From: a virus
Direction: 5' to 3' (one strand)
Virus record (IMG/VR): IMGVR_UViG_3300009151_000057
Span: 1 to 64,000 of that record
Length of the DNA: 64,000 nt
Shown: positions 9,597-19,555 of the stretch, in pieces
How the letters are laid out: each line of letters starts with the position of its first letter
How positions within the stretch are numbered: position 1 is the stretch's first letter
Translations under genes and position numbers: made by a program
Notes under the pieces: generated by a model
What the model was told of the DNA's origin: nothing
The model's database searches: none
What the model saw: the letters and a program-made list of their open reading frames with translations, nothing else

Positions 9597-10435
9597 AAAT
9601 AGGAATTATAATGTATGGTGGAATTGGAGATCATCTATTAGCTAATAGATTTGTTCCAGCCGTTATAGATGAATACTCGCCTAATGAAATAGATATAATT
9701 AGACCTTATTTAAATAATGTAGATGAACATATAGGTAAAAACTATCCATTATTTATTCAGGAAAGTTTTAACTTTTATAATAAAGTTATTTATGTAAAAA
9801 AAACCAAGAGTACGCATCAAGATATTTGGATAGACATGCAACAAACAACAAATGAATTTGATGAATTTGTTAATTATAATAAGGTTTATAATTTTGTTCC
9901 AGACACCATGTTATGGCCAAACTATACAGATTTACCATTGGCAAAATATTATAAACATTTTCCTCGGCCAAATATTACATTACAAAATAACAAAAAAGAT
10001 TACGTGTTTTTCTTTCCAACCGCGAGAGAGAATCAACACGAAATGCATAAAATACCAAAAGAAAAAGCAAGACAAATTGTTTCGTTTTCAAAAACAAATA
10101 ATATAAAACTAGTGTGTCCAGTTGCTTCAGATAATACTTTTTTAATAAATTATTGTAATGATATAGGTTTAGATATTTTTTATTGTGAATTAAATGAACT
10201 TTGGGAATTTTCTAAAAATTGTAAAGCAGTAATTTCTTGCGATAGTGGACCAAGATTTTTTCCATTACATTTTGGAAAACCAGAAATTATAATTACTAAT
10301 TTTTTTGATGATGATTTTTTGGTTAGATGGTTATTAAATCCAAATTGGGTAATGCCAATGGAATCTACCATAGAACAGATTTTTGAAAGATTAAATATTT
10401 TATTAAATCCAATAAACCAATGTCTTTTACATTAG
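9593..10435 (+). CDS. GT9-like (heptosyltransferase-type) glycosyltransferase
   Basis: GGIGDHL N-terminal motif; SCDSGP..F...FGKP. Confidence 0.7.
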   Translation: MKIGIIMYGGIGDHLLANRFVPAVIDEYSPNEIDIIRPYLNNVDEHIGKNYPLFIQESFNFYNKVIYVKKTKSTHQDIWIDMQQTTNEFDEFVNYNKVYNFVPDTMLWPNYTDLPLAKYYKHFPRPNITLQNNKKDYVFFFPTARENQHEMHKIPKEKARQIVSFSKTNNIKLVCPVASDNTFLINYCNDIGLDIFYCELNELWEFSKNCKAVISCDSGPRFFPLHFGKPEIIITNFFDDDFLVRWLLNPNWVMPMESTIEQIFERLNILLNPINQCLLH

Positions 10436-11196
10436 ATGTAGATTCGCTTTTTTTTAATAAAAAAATAGGTATAACTGGAAATGGTCCAGGTGGAATAGGA
10501 GATGCTTTAATAAAGAGTTCATTTCCAGAGAATTTCTATAAAAATTATAACAATAAAGTTATAGATTTAGATAAACATTGGATATACGATAGCAATCCTT
10601 ATGTTGTAAGGAATGAAGATCCAGAAATTATAATAGATTTTTATAGAGATCAATTAGTTATAATTGATATGGGTATTAGAATTTCACATAAATCTAATGC
10701 TGCAGAATTCTGCTGGAATTATAAAGTTCCAAATATATTTTTAAGACATCCAAGACTTTATATATTTGAAGATGAGCCTCAAATTTTAAATAGATTAGTA
10801 ATTCATGTAAAAGGCATTACAAATGGCTTAATGGCACAACATGTAATTGATCATATTCCATCAAATTATAAAAATTACGAAATAATTCAAATAGGAATGC
10901 CAAATGAACCTCAAGTAAAAAATTCAATAGATAAAAGAGGATTATCAAAGTTAGATACTATTAAAATAATTTCTTCTGCTGCTATTTATATAGGCGTAGA
11001 TAGTGGTTTTTATCATGCGGCAAACTGTTATCCCAGAGTTAGAAAAAAAATAGTTTTAAATTACGACGAAGAAAGATTGAATAAAATCATTCCATTAGAT
11101 ATCTCTAATAATTTTGAATGGCTTGATTTTAATACTGAATATTTTAATATATACCACAAAGATATTGGTATAACGAATAGTTTTTTAAAAATATGA
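10420..11196 (+). CDS. GT9-like glycosyltransferase
   Basis: GIGD; IIQIG; YIGVDSGFYHAA. Confidence 0.75.
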   Translation: MSFTLDVDSLFFNKKIGITGNGPGGIGDALIKSSFPENFYKNYNNKVIDLDKHWIYDSNPYVVRNEDPEIIIDFYRDQLVIIDMGIRISHKSNAAEFCWNYKVPNIFLRHPRLYIFEDEPQILNRLVIHVKGITNGLMAQHVIDHIPSNYKNYEIIQIGMPNEPQVKNSIDKRGLSKLDTIKIISSAAIYIGVDSGFYHAANCYPRVRKKIVLNYDEERLNKIIPLDISNNFEWLDFNTEYFNIYHKDIGITNSFLKI

Positions 11197-12332
11197 ACTG
11201 GCCATTAAATGTAAATAATTTTACTTTTCTAGATAAATTAAAAATATCTTTTTTTATTTTAAATCCAAACAGCAGGTGGACACAAGATAAAAAAGTAAAA
11301 CAATTTGAAGAAGAAATGGCTTCATTTATAGGAAGCAAATATGCAGTTTTTTGCTCTAGCGGTTCAACAGCTAACACAATGTTAGCAATGATGTTGAAAG
11401 ACAAAAATAAAGAAAAGAAAACTATTATTTTTCCATCCACAACGTGGACAACTTCTATTTCCCCTTTTATAAGAGAAGGGTTTGTGCCTAAATTCGTAGA
11501 TGTGAATCTTGATGATTTTTCATTTAATTACGATCAGCTAGAAGAAGTTTTAAAAACAAATGAAGATATAGCATGTATTTTCGCAACTAGTCTGTTAGGG
11601 TTTGTTCCAGATTTAAATAAATTAAAACAATTATCAGATAAATATTCTGTTAAATTGATGTTGGATAATTGCGAAAATACGTTTGGAAAATTTGAAGGTA
11701 AAAACGTATCTTCTTTTGCAACATCTACAACAAGTACATATTTTGGACATCAACTTCAAAGCATTGAGGGAGGATTTGTATTCACAAATTCAAAAGAGGA
11801 ATATGATTATTGTTTAATGTTAAGAAATCATGGCATGACAAGATCAGTCAGCGATTCAAATCAGTATAGAAATAATGACGTAGATGGAAGATTTGATTTT
11901 TATTGTTTAGGAAACAATTTTAGAAATACAGATTTAAATGCATTTATTGGACTTATTGATTTCTCAAAAAAGGAACGATATATAACAAAAAGAAAAAATA
12001 TTTACGACTTATTTTCTAGTAAATTAAATTCTAAATACATTTTGCCACATACATTTAATAATAGAGAAGCTAGTGCATTTAGTTTACCTATTATTTTTAA
12101 AAATTCACAAAAAAAGAAAGAAGCATTAAAATATTGTGACGATCAAGGAATTGAAACAAGGCCAATTATTTCTGGTAATTTGCTAAGGCAAACATGTTAC
12201 AAAGATTTTGCTTCTTACAAAAATTTTCCAATGAGCGAGCTTTTACATCAAAACGGTTTTTATGTTGGACTTCATGCAAAATTAACAGAAAAACAAGTAG
12301 AAGAATTAGTTAATTATTTAAATAATCTATAA
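11193..12332 (+). CDS. DegT/DnrJ-family PLP enzyme, ColD-type GDP-4-keto-6-deoxymannose 3-dehydratase
   Basis: SSGSTAN, DNCE, STYFGHQLQSIEGG (His where aminotransferases have the Schiff-base Lys), ETRPIISGN. Confidence 0.85.
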   Translation: MNWPLNVNNFTFLDKLKISFFILNPNSRWTQDKKVKQFEEEMASFIGSKYAVFCSSGSTANTMLAMMLKDKNKEKKTIIFPSTTWTTSISPFIREGFVPKFVDVNLDDFSFNYDQLEEVLKTNEDIACIFATSLLGFVPDLNKLKQLSDKYSVKLMLDNCENTFGKFEGKNVSSFATSTTSTYFGHQLQSIEGGFVFTNSKEEYDYCLMLRNHGMTRSVSDSNQYRNNDVDGRFDFYCLGNNFRNTDLNAFIGLIDFSKKERYITKRKNIYDLFSSKLNSKYILPHTFNNREASAFSLPIIFKNSQKKKEALKYCDDQGIETRPIISGNLLRQTCYKDFASYKNFPMSELLHQNGFYVGLHAKLTEKQVEELVNYLNNL

Positions 12333-12333
12333 T

Positions 12334-12690
12334 ATGTCAATAGAAAGAATAACAAAAATTAGCGAATTACTTTTAGAAGAAATTGCAGAAAGATTTGATA
12401 AAGAATCAATCAATTCAAATGATATTGAATTCAGCGAGAGCTTTGCCGAGATCTTAGATCGGTTTATTGTTTTACATATTAGAATGTGGAAACTAGAAGA
12501 CGCGATAGGAGAAGCGACTTCAAACGATGAAATTGCAGACTTAAAAAGAAAAGTTGATTACTGCTTTAAAGATAGAAGACCAAAGTTAACAAAAGCAATT
12601 AATTCTTTTCTAGATGTTTATGTTGACAAGAATCATGTCAAAAAATTCTCAGAAGAAAACGTAAAATTATATAAAGGTTTTAAAAATTAA
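12334..12690 (+). CDS. Hypothetical helical protein (DUF4254-like)
   Basis: ES.AEILDR..VL.IRMW.LED pattern; lies within the sugar operon. Confidence 0.6.
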   Translation: MSIERITKISELLLEEIAERFDKESINSNDIEFSESFAEILDRFIVLHIRMWKLEDAIGEATSNDEIADLKRKVDYCFKDRRPKLTKAINSFLDVYVDKNHVKKFSEENVKLYKGFKN

Positions 12691-12691
12691 T

Positions 12692-13753
12692 ATGAAAAAA
12701 GTACTAATCACGGGCGTCACTGGACAAGATGGCAGCTTAATGGCAGACTATCTATTAGGTAATTTTAATGATATAGAAGTATATGGAACTCAAAGAAGAT
12801 TGAGTGTTCCCAACAGACAAAATATAAATCATCTATTATCACATCCAAAATTCAAATTGATTGAAATGGATGTGACGGATTCAGAAAGCATTAATTCTGT
12901 AGTTACAGAAGTTTTGCCAGATTATTTTATTAATTTTGCAGCAAATTCATTTGTTGGAAACAGTTGGAAAATGCCACTAAATCACATGCAGACAAATGCT
13001 ATTGGAGTTCTTCTTTGTTTAGAATCAATTAAAAATATTGCTCCTCTTTGTAGGTTTTATAATGCTGGAAGCTCAGAGCAATTTGGAGACGTTGATTATG
13101 CTCCACAAGATATTAAACATCCATTTAAACCAAGATCTCCATATGGAGTTTCAAAATGTACCGCCCATCATTTAGTAAAAGTATATAGAGAGTCTTATAA
13201 TATATTTGCTGTACAAGGTATTCTTTTCAATCATGAAGGAGTCAGAAGAGGTGAAGAATTTGTTACTAGAAAGATTACAAAAAATGTAGCAAGAATTTTA
13301 AAATCCTTAAAATCTCACAATGAAAAATTTGAACCTTTAGAACTTGGCAATATTTACAGCAAGAGAGATTGGAGCGATGCGGAAGATTTTGTTAAAGGTA
13401 TTTGGTTGATGATTAACCAAGATAAACCAAAAGACTTTGTATTATCTTCTAATGAAACTCATACAATTAAAGAATTTATACAATTAGCGTTTGAGTACGC
13501 AAAAATCAAAGGAGAATGGCACGGTGAAGGTGTAAACGAAAAATTTTTATTTAGAGATTACAATGGAGAATACAAATACTATGCAGATGATTGTCCATTG
13601 GTTAGGATAAATGAAAAGTTTTGTAGACCTGCTGAAGTAGAATTATTATTAGGCGATTCAAGTGAAGCGAGACAAGAGTTAGGATGGAATCCTGAGACAT
13701 CCTTTGAAAATCTTGTTAAAAAAATGGTTGCAATTGATATTGGCATGGTATAG
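12692..13753 (+). CDS. gmd: GDP-mannose 4,6-dehydratase
   Basis: ITGVTGQDGS, PRSPYGVSK, GILFNHEG.RRGEEFVTRKIT, RDW, RPAEV. Confidence 0.96.
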   Translation: MKKVLITGVTGQDGSLMADYLLGNFNDIEVYGTQRRLSVPNRQNINHLLSHPKFKLIEMDVTDSESINSVVTEVLPDYFINFAANSFVGNSWKMPLNHMQTNAIGVLLCLESIKNIAPLCRFYNAGSSEQFGDVDYAPQDIKHPFKPRSPYGVSKCTAHHLVKVYRESYNIFAVQGILFNHEGVRRGEEFVTRKITKNVARILKSLKSHNEKFEPLELGNIYSKRDWSDAEDFVKGIWLMINQDKPKDFVLSSNETHTIKEFIQLAFEYAKIKGEWHGEGVNEKFLFRDYNGEYKYYADDCPLVRINEKFCRPAEVELLLGDSSEARQELGWNPETSFENLVKKMVAIDIGMV

Positions 13754-13762
13754 CATTTTGCG

Positions 13763-14113
13763 ATGCCACCTAAAAAGAAAGGATTGAACAAAAAATTAAT
13801 TTTAAAAAATCTGATTATTATACCAAGGGGTAGCAAGAGAGAAATTTACGCCAGAGAGATGAAATTGCTCAATGATTTGATTGCTAGATATTCAGAAGAT
13901 TTTATTTGTGTCTTGACATTGAAAGAAAAATATGATAGCATCGCTGTTATATTAAGTGAGTCTTATAAAAAAGAACTAGATCTAAAATTTAGTAATTTTA
14001 ATTATAAGATAGATATTAATAAATATGCTTTGCCCACCTTAACCGAAAAGGTTGGTGAAGATATTTGCATTTCGATAAAACCCAAAACAATTAAAAATTT
14101 TCTAAATGGCTAA
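13763..14113 (+). CDS. Hypothetical protein
   Basis: ORF coupled to recA. Confidence 0.7.
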   Translation: MPPKKKGLNKKLILKNLIIIPRGSKREIYAREMKLLNDLIARYSEDFICVLTLKEKYDSIAVILSESYKKELDLKFSNFNYKIDINKYALPTLTEKVGEDICISIKPKTIKNFLNG

Positions 14114-15242
14114 ACAAGAAAAAACCGTAGTTACATCAAAAGACGTTCTTTCTACTTATTTAAAGGATAATAAAGAAGATCATTATAATTATGAAGAGGA
14201 CGTTCTTTACAAAGCATCCAGCGGATCTCTTCAATTAGATATTCAGCTAGGTGGTGGATTTGGTCCAGGTCTTCATAGATTTTGCGGCATTAATGAAGGT
14301 GGAAAGACTTCTGCTGCTTTAGAAGTTATGAAGAATTTTTTGCTTACAATTCCAAATGCAAAAGGCTTTTACATTAAAGCAGAAGGAAGACTTTCTGAAG
14401 AAATGAAAAAAAGATCTGGAGTTCCATTTACTACGAATCCAGAAAATTGGGAACTTGGCACTTGTTTTGTTTTTGAAAGTAATATTTATGAAACTGTAGT
14501 AGACGCAATGAGAAATCTTGTTGCAAAAAATGATGAAAAAATTAAATATTATTTTCTTCTTGACGCTGTAGACGGTTTAATTACGAAGGGGGATTTAGAT
14601 AAAACATTTGAAGACTCCAATAAGGTCGCTGGAGGCGCTGTAATAGCCGCCAACTTCATGAAGCGCATGTCTATCGCATTGGCGAAGAGAGGGCATATGG
14701 CGGTCTTTGTGTCGCAAGTTAGAGCAGATATTAAACTAGACCCTTATTCCAAGGCTCCAATTCGTCAAACATCAGCAACTGGAGGGAACGCTTTGTTGCA
14801 TTTTGCAAATTGGATTCTTGAATTTGAACCGAGATTTAATGGAGATTTAATTTTACAAGATTCTACAAATAAAAAAATAGACCTTGAAAAGAATCCTGTT
14901 ATTGGTCACTGGGCAAAAGTTACAGTCAAAAAATCGCCCAATGAAAAAACGAATCTTCAAATTCCATATCCAATTAGATATGGTAGGAAAAATGGAACTT
15001 CAATTTGGGTAGAGAAGGAATTGGTAGATCTACTTTACGCATGGGAATTCATGAATAGATCTGGAGCATGGGTGAAACCATCTGAAGATTTTATTGAATT
15101 AGTTAAAGACCTAAATATTGTAATTCCAGAAAGTTTTCAAGGCGAAAAGGCTTTATTTAAATTTATCGAAGAAAATCCAGAGTTGATTAAATTTTTAACT
15201 AATTATTTTAAGAATTCTATAAATGAAATTCAAAACTCTTGA
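14106..15242 (+). CDS. recA: RecA/UvsX recombinase
   Basis: SSGSLQLDIQLGGG, Walker A GINEGGKTS, SQVR, TGGNAL. Confidence 0.92.
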   Translation: MAKQEKTVVTSKDVLSTYLKDNKEDHYNYEEDVLYKASSGSLQLDIQLGGGFGPGLHRFCGINEGGKTSAALEVMKNFLLTIPNAKGFYIKAEGRLSEEMKKRSGVPFTTNPENWELGTCFVFESNIYETVVDAMRNLVAKNDEKIKYYFLLDAVDGLITKGDLDKTFEDSNKVAGGAVIAANFMKRMSIALAKRGHMAVFVSQVRADIKLDPYSKAPIRQTSATGGNALLHFANWILEFEPRFNGDLILQDSTNKKIDLEKNPVIGHWAKVTVKKSPNEKTNLQIPYPIRYGRKNGTSIWVEKELVDLLYAWEFMNRSGAWVKPSEDFIELVKDLNIVIPESFQGEKALFKFIEENPELIKFLTNYFKNSINEIQNS

Positions 15243-15630
15243 TGGTAAAGAGAGGACTCTTAAAAATATAAAAAATTGCATTATTGATTGGGATGCAAAA
15301 AGCAGAAGTAAGTTTCAATTTTCAGTAAAGCAATTTTTAAAAACGTATTGGAAGGGAGATGTTGTTTTTGAAGAATTGAGAATAGTTGGAACTAGACTAT
15401 CTCTAGATCTTTATAACGCTAATAAGAAAGTTGCTATAGAAGTTCAAGGAGAGCAACATTTTAAATATGTTCCATTCTTTCATAATACACGGGGAAGTTA
15501 TTTAAAACAAATAAAAAGAGATGTAAAAAAGAATGAATTTTGTGAAATCAATGGAATTCATCTTGTAGAGATTTATCCAAATGATTTTTTATCTAAAGAG
15601 CTTTTTGAAAAATTTGGCGTTTATTTATAG
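15223..15630 (+). CDS. Vsr/DUF559-like PD-(D/E)xK endonuclease
   Basis: LDLY...KVAIEVQGEQH...RD..K.EFC. Confidence 0.8.
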   Translation: MKFKTLDGKERTLKNIKNCIIDWDAKSRSKFQFSVKQFLKTYWKGDVVFEELRIVGTRLSLDLYNANKKVAIEVQGEQHFKYVPFFHNTRGSYLKQIKRDVKKNEFCEINGIHLVEIYPNDFLSKELFEKFGVYL

Positions 15631-15642
15631 TGTAAATAAAAT

Positions 15643-15921
15643 ATGCCAAAGAAAAAACCGAAATTTTCAAAATTCGAAGTTCCAGAAGCATTTTTAGATA
15701 CTCTATATGAACTTACAGGAGGTAAAGATAATCATAAAGGGTACATTGTTTGTTTTATAGATGAAGAAGGAAACGGGCAAGTTAAAAGCAAATTTGATTC
15801 TCAAGCAACAGAGTTTGCTCTTTTGAAGTTTCTTGAAGTTTACTCTGAGAATAATTTAAATTCGCGTGAAATTCAAATATATCCAGATGAATTCTTTGGA
15901 GAAAGCGAAGAAGAGGATTGA
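15643..15921 (+). CDS. Hypothetical protein
   Basis: ORF with GTGTAA 7 nt upstream. Confidence 0.7.
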   Translation: MPKKKPKFSKFEVPEAFLDTLYELTGGKDNHKGYIVCFIDEEGNGQVKSKFDSQATEFALLKFLEVYSENNLNSREIQIYPDEFFGESEEED

Positions 15922-15950
15922 CATTTGTTAACTGTATGCGATTATAGGGC

Positions 15951-17456
15951 ATGATTCAATCTTTCGAATTAGAAAAACAGCTTCTAGCTGGTTTATTGCG
16001 TAATTCGGAATGCTTCGCAGAGATTTGCTCCTTTATAGACGAGAGAGATTTTTATTCTGAGGATTCCGTTCTGCACAAAACAATTTTTCTTGTAATTAAA
16101 CAAGCGATAGAAAATTGTGATGGAGTAGATGATGTGATAATAGCACAGAGAGTAAAGTCTATCGGACTTTCTTTTACAGAAGATATTAATCCAGCGGATT
16201 ATATCAAGTCTTTGGCCATGAAGAAGGTCATTCCCGAAAGCACCATTAAGGCTGCAAAGGAACTTAAGAAATATACAATCAGAAGAGAGATACACGAATC
16301 TTCTCTTCAAGTTTCAAAAAAGATGCTATCTATACCAGCAGATAGCTCTTATGTAGATATTATTGAATGCGCTGATAAGATTTATAATTCGCGTATAAAT
16401 CATTATGAAATAGGTAACGATATGCCACAAAATATTTACGAGGATATGGAAGCGATCATAGAGGATCGTGGAAATAATCCAGTAAAAGATTTTGGCATGA
16501 TGGGGCCACATAAAAAAATAAACGATATGTATGGCTCTCTTTTAAGGGCTGGAAATATCACAGTTGTAGTTGCTAGATCTGGAGTTGGTAAAACTCAATT
16601 TTGTATGGATTACGCAACTAAAGTTGCAGCAGAATATGATATTCCAGTTTTACATTTTGACAATGGCGAAATGAGTCAAGAAGAATTAATGATGCGTCAA
16701 TGTACCGCATTGAGTGGAGTGCCAATGCACTTGCTTGAGACGGGAGATTGGAGAAGATCTGGAAAAGAAGTTGTCGATAAAGTTAGGAGTGTTTGGCCAA
16801 AAGTTAAAAAAATGAAATTCTTTTACTACAATGTAGGAGGATTAGATGTCGATGCAATGATAAACACCTTGAAAAGATTTTACTTCCAAAAAGTTGGAAG
16901 AGGCAATAAGATGATTTTTAGTTTTGATTACATTAAAACAACTTCAGAAAGAAGTGATAAAAATGAATGGCAATTAGTTGGAGAAATGGTTGATAAGTTC
17001 AAGAAGTGTATCCAAAAAGAAATTCTTGAAGATGGAAAGCCAATCATTTCTATGCTCACATCTGTCCAAAGCAATAGAAGTGGGATTACAAATAATAGAG
17101 CATCATCTAATATAGTAGATGACGAAAGTATCGTATCTTTGTCAGATAGAATTATTCATTTCTGCTCTCATATGTTTATTCTTAGAAAGAAAACTACTGA
17201 TGAAATAGCAACAGAAGGCAATCAATTTGGAAGCCATAAATTAATTAATGTTAAATCAAGACATCTGGGCAAGGATTTAGCTGGCGCATTGGAGCCAGTT
17301 AGAATTGGAGATACCCTCAGAAACAATTTTGTTAATCTTGAATTTAAAAATTTTAATATTAGTGAAAGAGGTGATTTGCGAGATATTGCGCAGGCCTTGC
17401 AAGGCAGAGAGGATTTAGACGAAGACACAGACTTTGAAGCCCCGCCAAGATTCTAA
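15951..17456 (+). CDS. dnaB: Replicative DNA helicase
   Basis: DnaB N-terminal domain; ARSGVGKT, GEMS, FDYIK, SVQSNR. Confidence 0.93.
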   Translation: MIQSFELEKQLLAGLLRNSECFAEICSFIDERDFYSEDSVLHKTIFLVIKQAIENCDGVDDVIIAQRVKSIGLSFTEDINPADYIKSLAMKKVIPESTIKAAKELKKYTIRREIHESSLQVSKKMLSIPADSSYVDIIECADKIYNSRINHYEIGNDMPQNIYEDMEAIIEDRGNNPVKDFGMMGPHKKINDMYGSLLRAGNITVVVARSGVGKTQFCMDYATKVAAEYDIPVLHFDNGEMSQEELMMRQCTALSGVPMHLLETGDWRRSGKEVVDKVRSVWPKVKKMKFFYYNVGGLDVDAMINTLKRFYFQKVGRGNKMIFSFDYIKTTSERSDKNEWQLVGEMVDKFKKCIQKEILEDGKPIISMLTSVQSNRSGITNNRASSNIVDDESIVSLSDRIIHFCSHMFILRKKTTDEIATEGNQFGSHKLINVKSRHLGKDLAGALEPVRIGDTLRNNFVNLEFKNFNISERGDLRDIAQALQGREDLDEDTDFEAPPRF

Positions 17457-18472
17457 TGAATACAGATATTCAATCTTCATTAATTAAATTAGGTTATAAA
17501 CTACAAGATTGCGGAAGTCATTGGAGAACAAATGCACTTTATAGAGGAGGAGATAATTCTGTAGCCCTAAAAATATACAAAGATACTGGAGTGTGGACCG
17601 ATTTTGTTGACAACAAAAGTCCCATGCCATTTATCAGACTTGTGCAATTGACATTGAATACCAATGATACAAATGTAATAAAAAATTATTGCGTTGATTC
17701 AATAAAAGATGTAGAATATAAAAAGAAAGAAGTATTAGAAATGGAACGTATTTATCCAGAAGACTGTCTTAAAAAGCTTTTTCCTAATTTTTCTTTTTAT
17801 GAAAAAAGGAATATTTTAAAAGATGTTCAATTATTATATAAATGTGGATTAGCTTCTTCTGGAAGAATGTACAGAAGAATTGTATTTCCAATATACAATA
17901 AAGATGGACAGATCTTTGGTTTCTCTGGCAGGAAAATAGATGAAGACACAGACGCTCCAAAATGGAAACATATAGGTTTAAAGAGCAACTGGATTTATCC
18001 AGCAATGCTTCCAAATTTTTCAGAGGTAGATGATGAGATTATTCTTGTGGAAAGCATCGGAGATAGTATGGCTTTAACGCAAAATGGTTACGCTAATAAT
18101 TTGGTAACTTTTGGATTAGATTGTAGCAATTCATTGGTTAATTATTTAATATCCTTAAATCTCAATAGCATTATTATTGCGACAAATAATGATAGCGAAA
18201 AAGAAAAAAATAGAGGTTTAATTGCAGCAATTAAAATACTAACAAAATTATCAAATTTCTTTGATTTAAACTTGTTGAAAATTAAACTACCTATTCGAAA
18301 CGATTTTGCGGATATGCAGAATTCAGACAATCCTTTACTATTTGATCAGTGGAGAAAAAATGGCTTTATGCCTTATGCTGATATATTAAAATTCATTAAT
18401 GATAACCAAAATGATTTTAATAAAACAAAGATCAAAAAATTAGTTCAACAATTAAAAATTCAAAATGAATAA
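17456..18472 (+). CDS. dnaG: DNA primase (DnaG-like Toprim)
   Basis: RIVFPI...GFSGR...PKW; LVESIGD; ND near the end of the Toprim domain. Confidence 0.85.
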   Translation: MNTDIQSSLIKLGYKLQDCGSHWRTNALYRGGDNSVALKIYKDTGVWTDFVDNKSPMPFIRLVQLTLNTNDTNVIKNYCVDSIKDVEYKKKEVLEMERIYPEDCLKKLFPNFSFYEKRNILKDVQLLYKCGLASSGRMYRRIVFPIYNKDGQIFGFSGRKIDEDTDAPKWKHIGLKSNWIYPAMLPNFSEVDDEIILVESIGDSMALTQNGYANNLVTFGLDCSNSLVNYLISLNLNSIIIATNNDSEKEKNRGLIAAIKILTKLSNFFDLNLLKIKLPIRNDFADMQNSDNPLLFDQWRKNGFMPYADILKFINDNQNDFNKTKIKKLVQQLKIQNE

Positions 18473-19469
18473 AGTCTCACTATCTGCTAGTAGAATAAAA
18501 ACAGCGCAATCGTGTTCTTGGTTATATTGGTCAAAGTATCATTTAAAAATTCCAGACAAAAGCAATGACGGTGCAAATCGTGGAACTGTAGCTCATGAAG
18601 TTTTTGAACTATTAGGAGATCCCAAGAATAAAAAAGACTACGATAAAATTATTACCAAACAAGATGTATTCGCCAGTGTCAAAATTAAAAATTTGATAAC
18701 ATCTTTAGCAAAAAAATTGAAGGTAGATGATGAGGTAAATTTAAAAATAATCAAAGATTATACATTAAATGGATTAATGTTTGACTTTTTTGGAGAGGCT
18801 AAAGGAAAAATAAAAGAAAGTCATTCAGAAAAAGATTTTGAATTTGATGTAAATGAAAATGGTTTAAATTATAAAGTTAAAGGATTCATTGATAAATTAT
18901 TTATTTACGAAGATAATAGCGCAATTATTAGAGATTTTAAATCAAGTAAAGAAAAATTTAAAGGAAAGGATTTGGAAGATAATTTGCAAGATTTAATGTA
19001 TGTTCTTGCAGTTAGAAAAATGTTTCCAGAAGTTAAAAGAATTACTACTGAATTTTTGTTTCTTAAATTTTCCGATGGATTAATACCCATGCCAGAATTA
19101 TCAGATATTGAAATCCAAGGTTTTGAACAACAATTATCTTTCATACAGACTTATTTGGATAATTTTAATGAAAAAATAGCTGTTAAAAAATTAGCTGCAA
19201 GAGCCGATTATCCAAAAGACGACTCTTTTAGTGGACCGTTGATGTGTGGACGAGCAAAGTCTCCAGGCCAAATCAAAAAAGACGGGACTCCAATGTGGCA
19301 TTGTTCGGCAAAGTTTGCATTCGATTATTTTCAAATAAAAGACGAAAATAACGTAATCATTGATTCATGTTACAAGGATGACAAAAAAGAATATATAGAA
19401 AAACACAAAGACAAGAAAATTAAATTTGAGTTATTTCAATACTCTGGATGTCCAGCGCATTGTAAGTAA
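18465..19469 (+). CDS. PD-(D/E)xK exonuclease (RecB/Cas4-like)
   Basis: LSASRI...C, RGTVAH, GFIDKL, IRDFKS, Q..MY, C-terminal cysteines. Confidence 0.85.
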   Translation: MNKVSLSASRIKTAQSCSWLYWSKYHLKIPDKSNDGANRGTVAHEVFELLGDPKNKKDYDKIITKQDVFASVKIKNLITSLAKKLKVDDEVNLKIIKDYTLNGLMFDFFGEAKGKIKESHSEKDFEFDVNENGLNYKVKGFIDKLFIYEDNSAIIRDFKSSKEKFKGKDLEDNLQDLMYVLAVRKMFPEVKRITTEFLFLKFSDGLIPMPELSDIEIQGFEQQLSFIQTYLDNFNEKIAVKKLAARADYPKDDSFSGPLMCGRAKSPGQIKKDGTPMWHCSAKFAFDYFQIKDENNVIIDSCYKDDKKEYIEKHKDKKIKFELFQYSGCPAHCK

Positions 19470-19478
19470 ATTCAAAAT

Positions 19479-19510
19479 GAACGCTACACTCAAAAGGTGT
19501 AGCGTTCTTG
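19479..19510 (+). terminator. Probable intrinsic terminator
   Basis: GAACGCTACAC-TCAAAAG-GTGTAGCGTTC 11-bp stem; weak U-tail. Confidence 0.6.
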
Positions 19511-19555
19511 CTTGGTTTACCTTGACAATTCAAATACACAGTATATCATATGACA

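Noticed and set aside
18465..19469. Cas4-like gene as evidence for CRISPR-Cas
   Set aside because: Stand-alone within the replication operon; no array and no cas1
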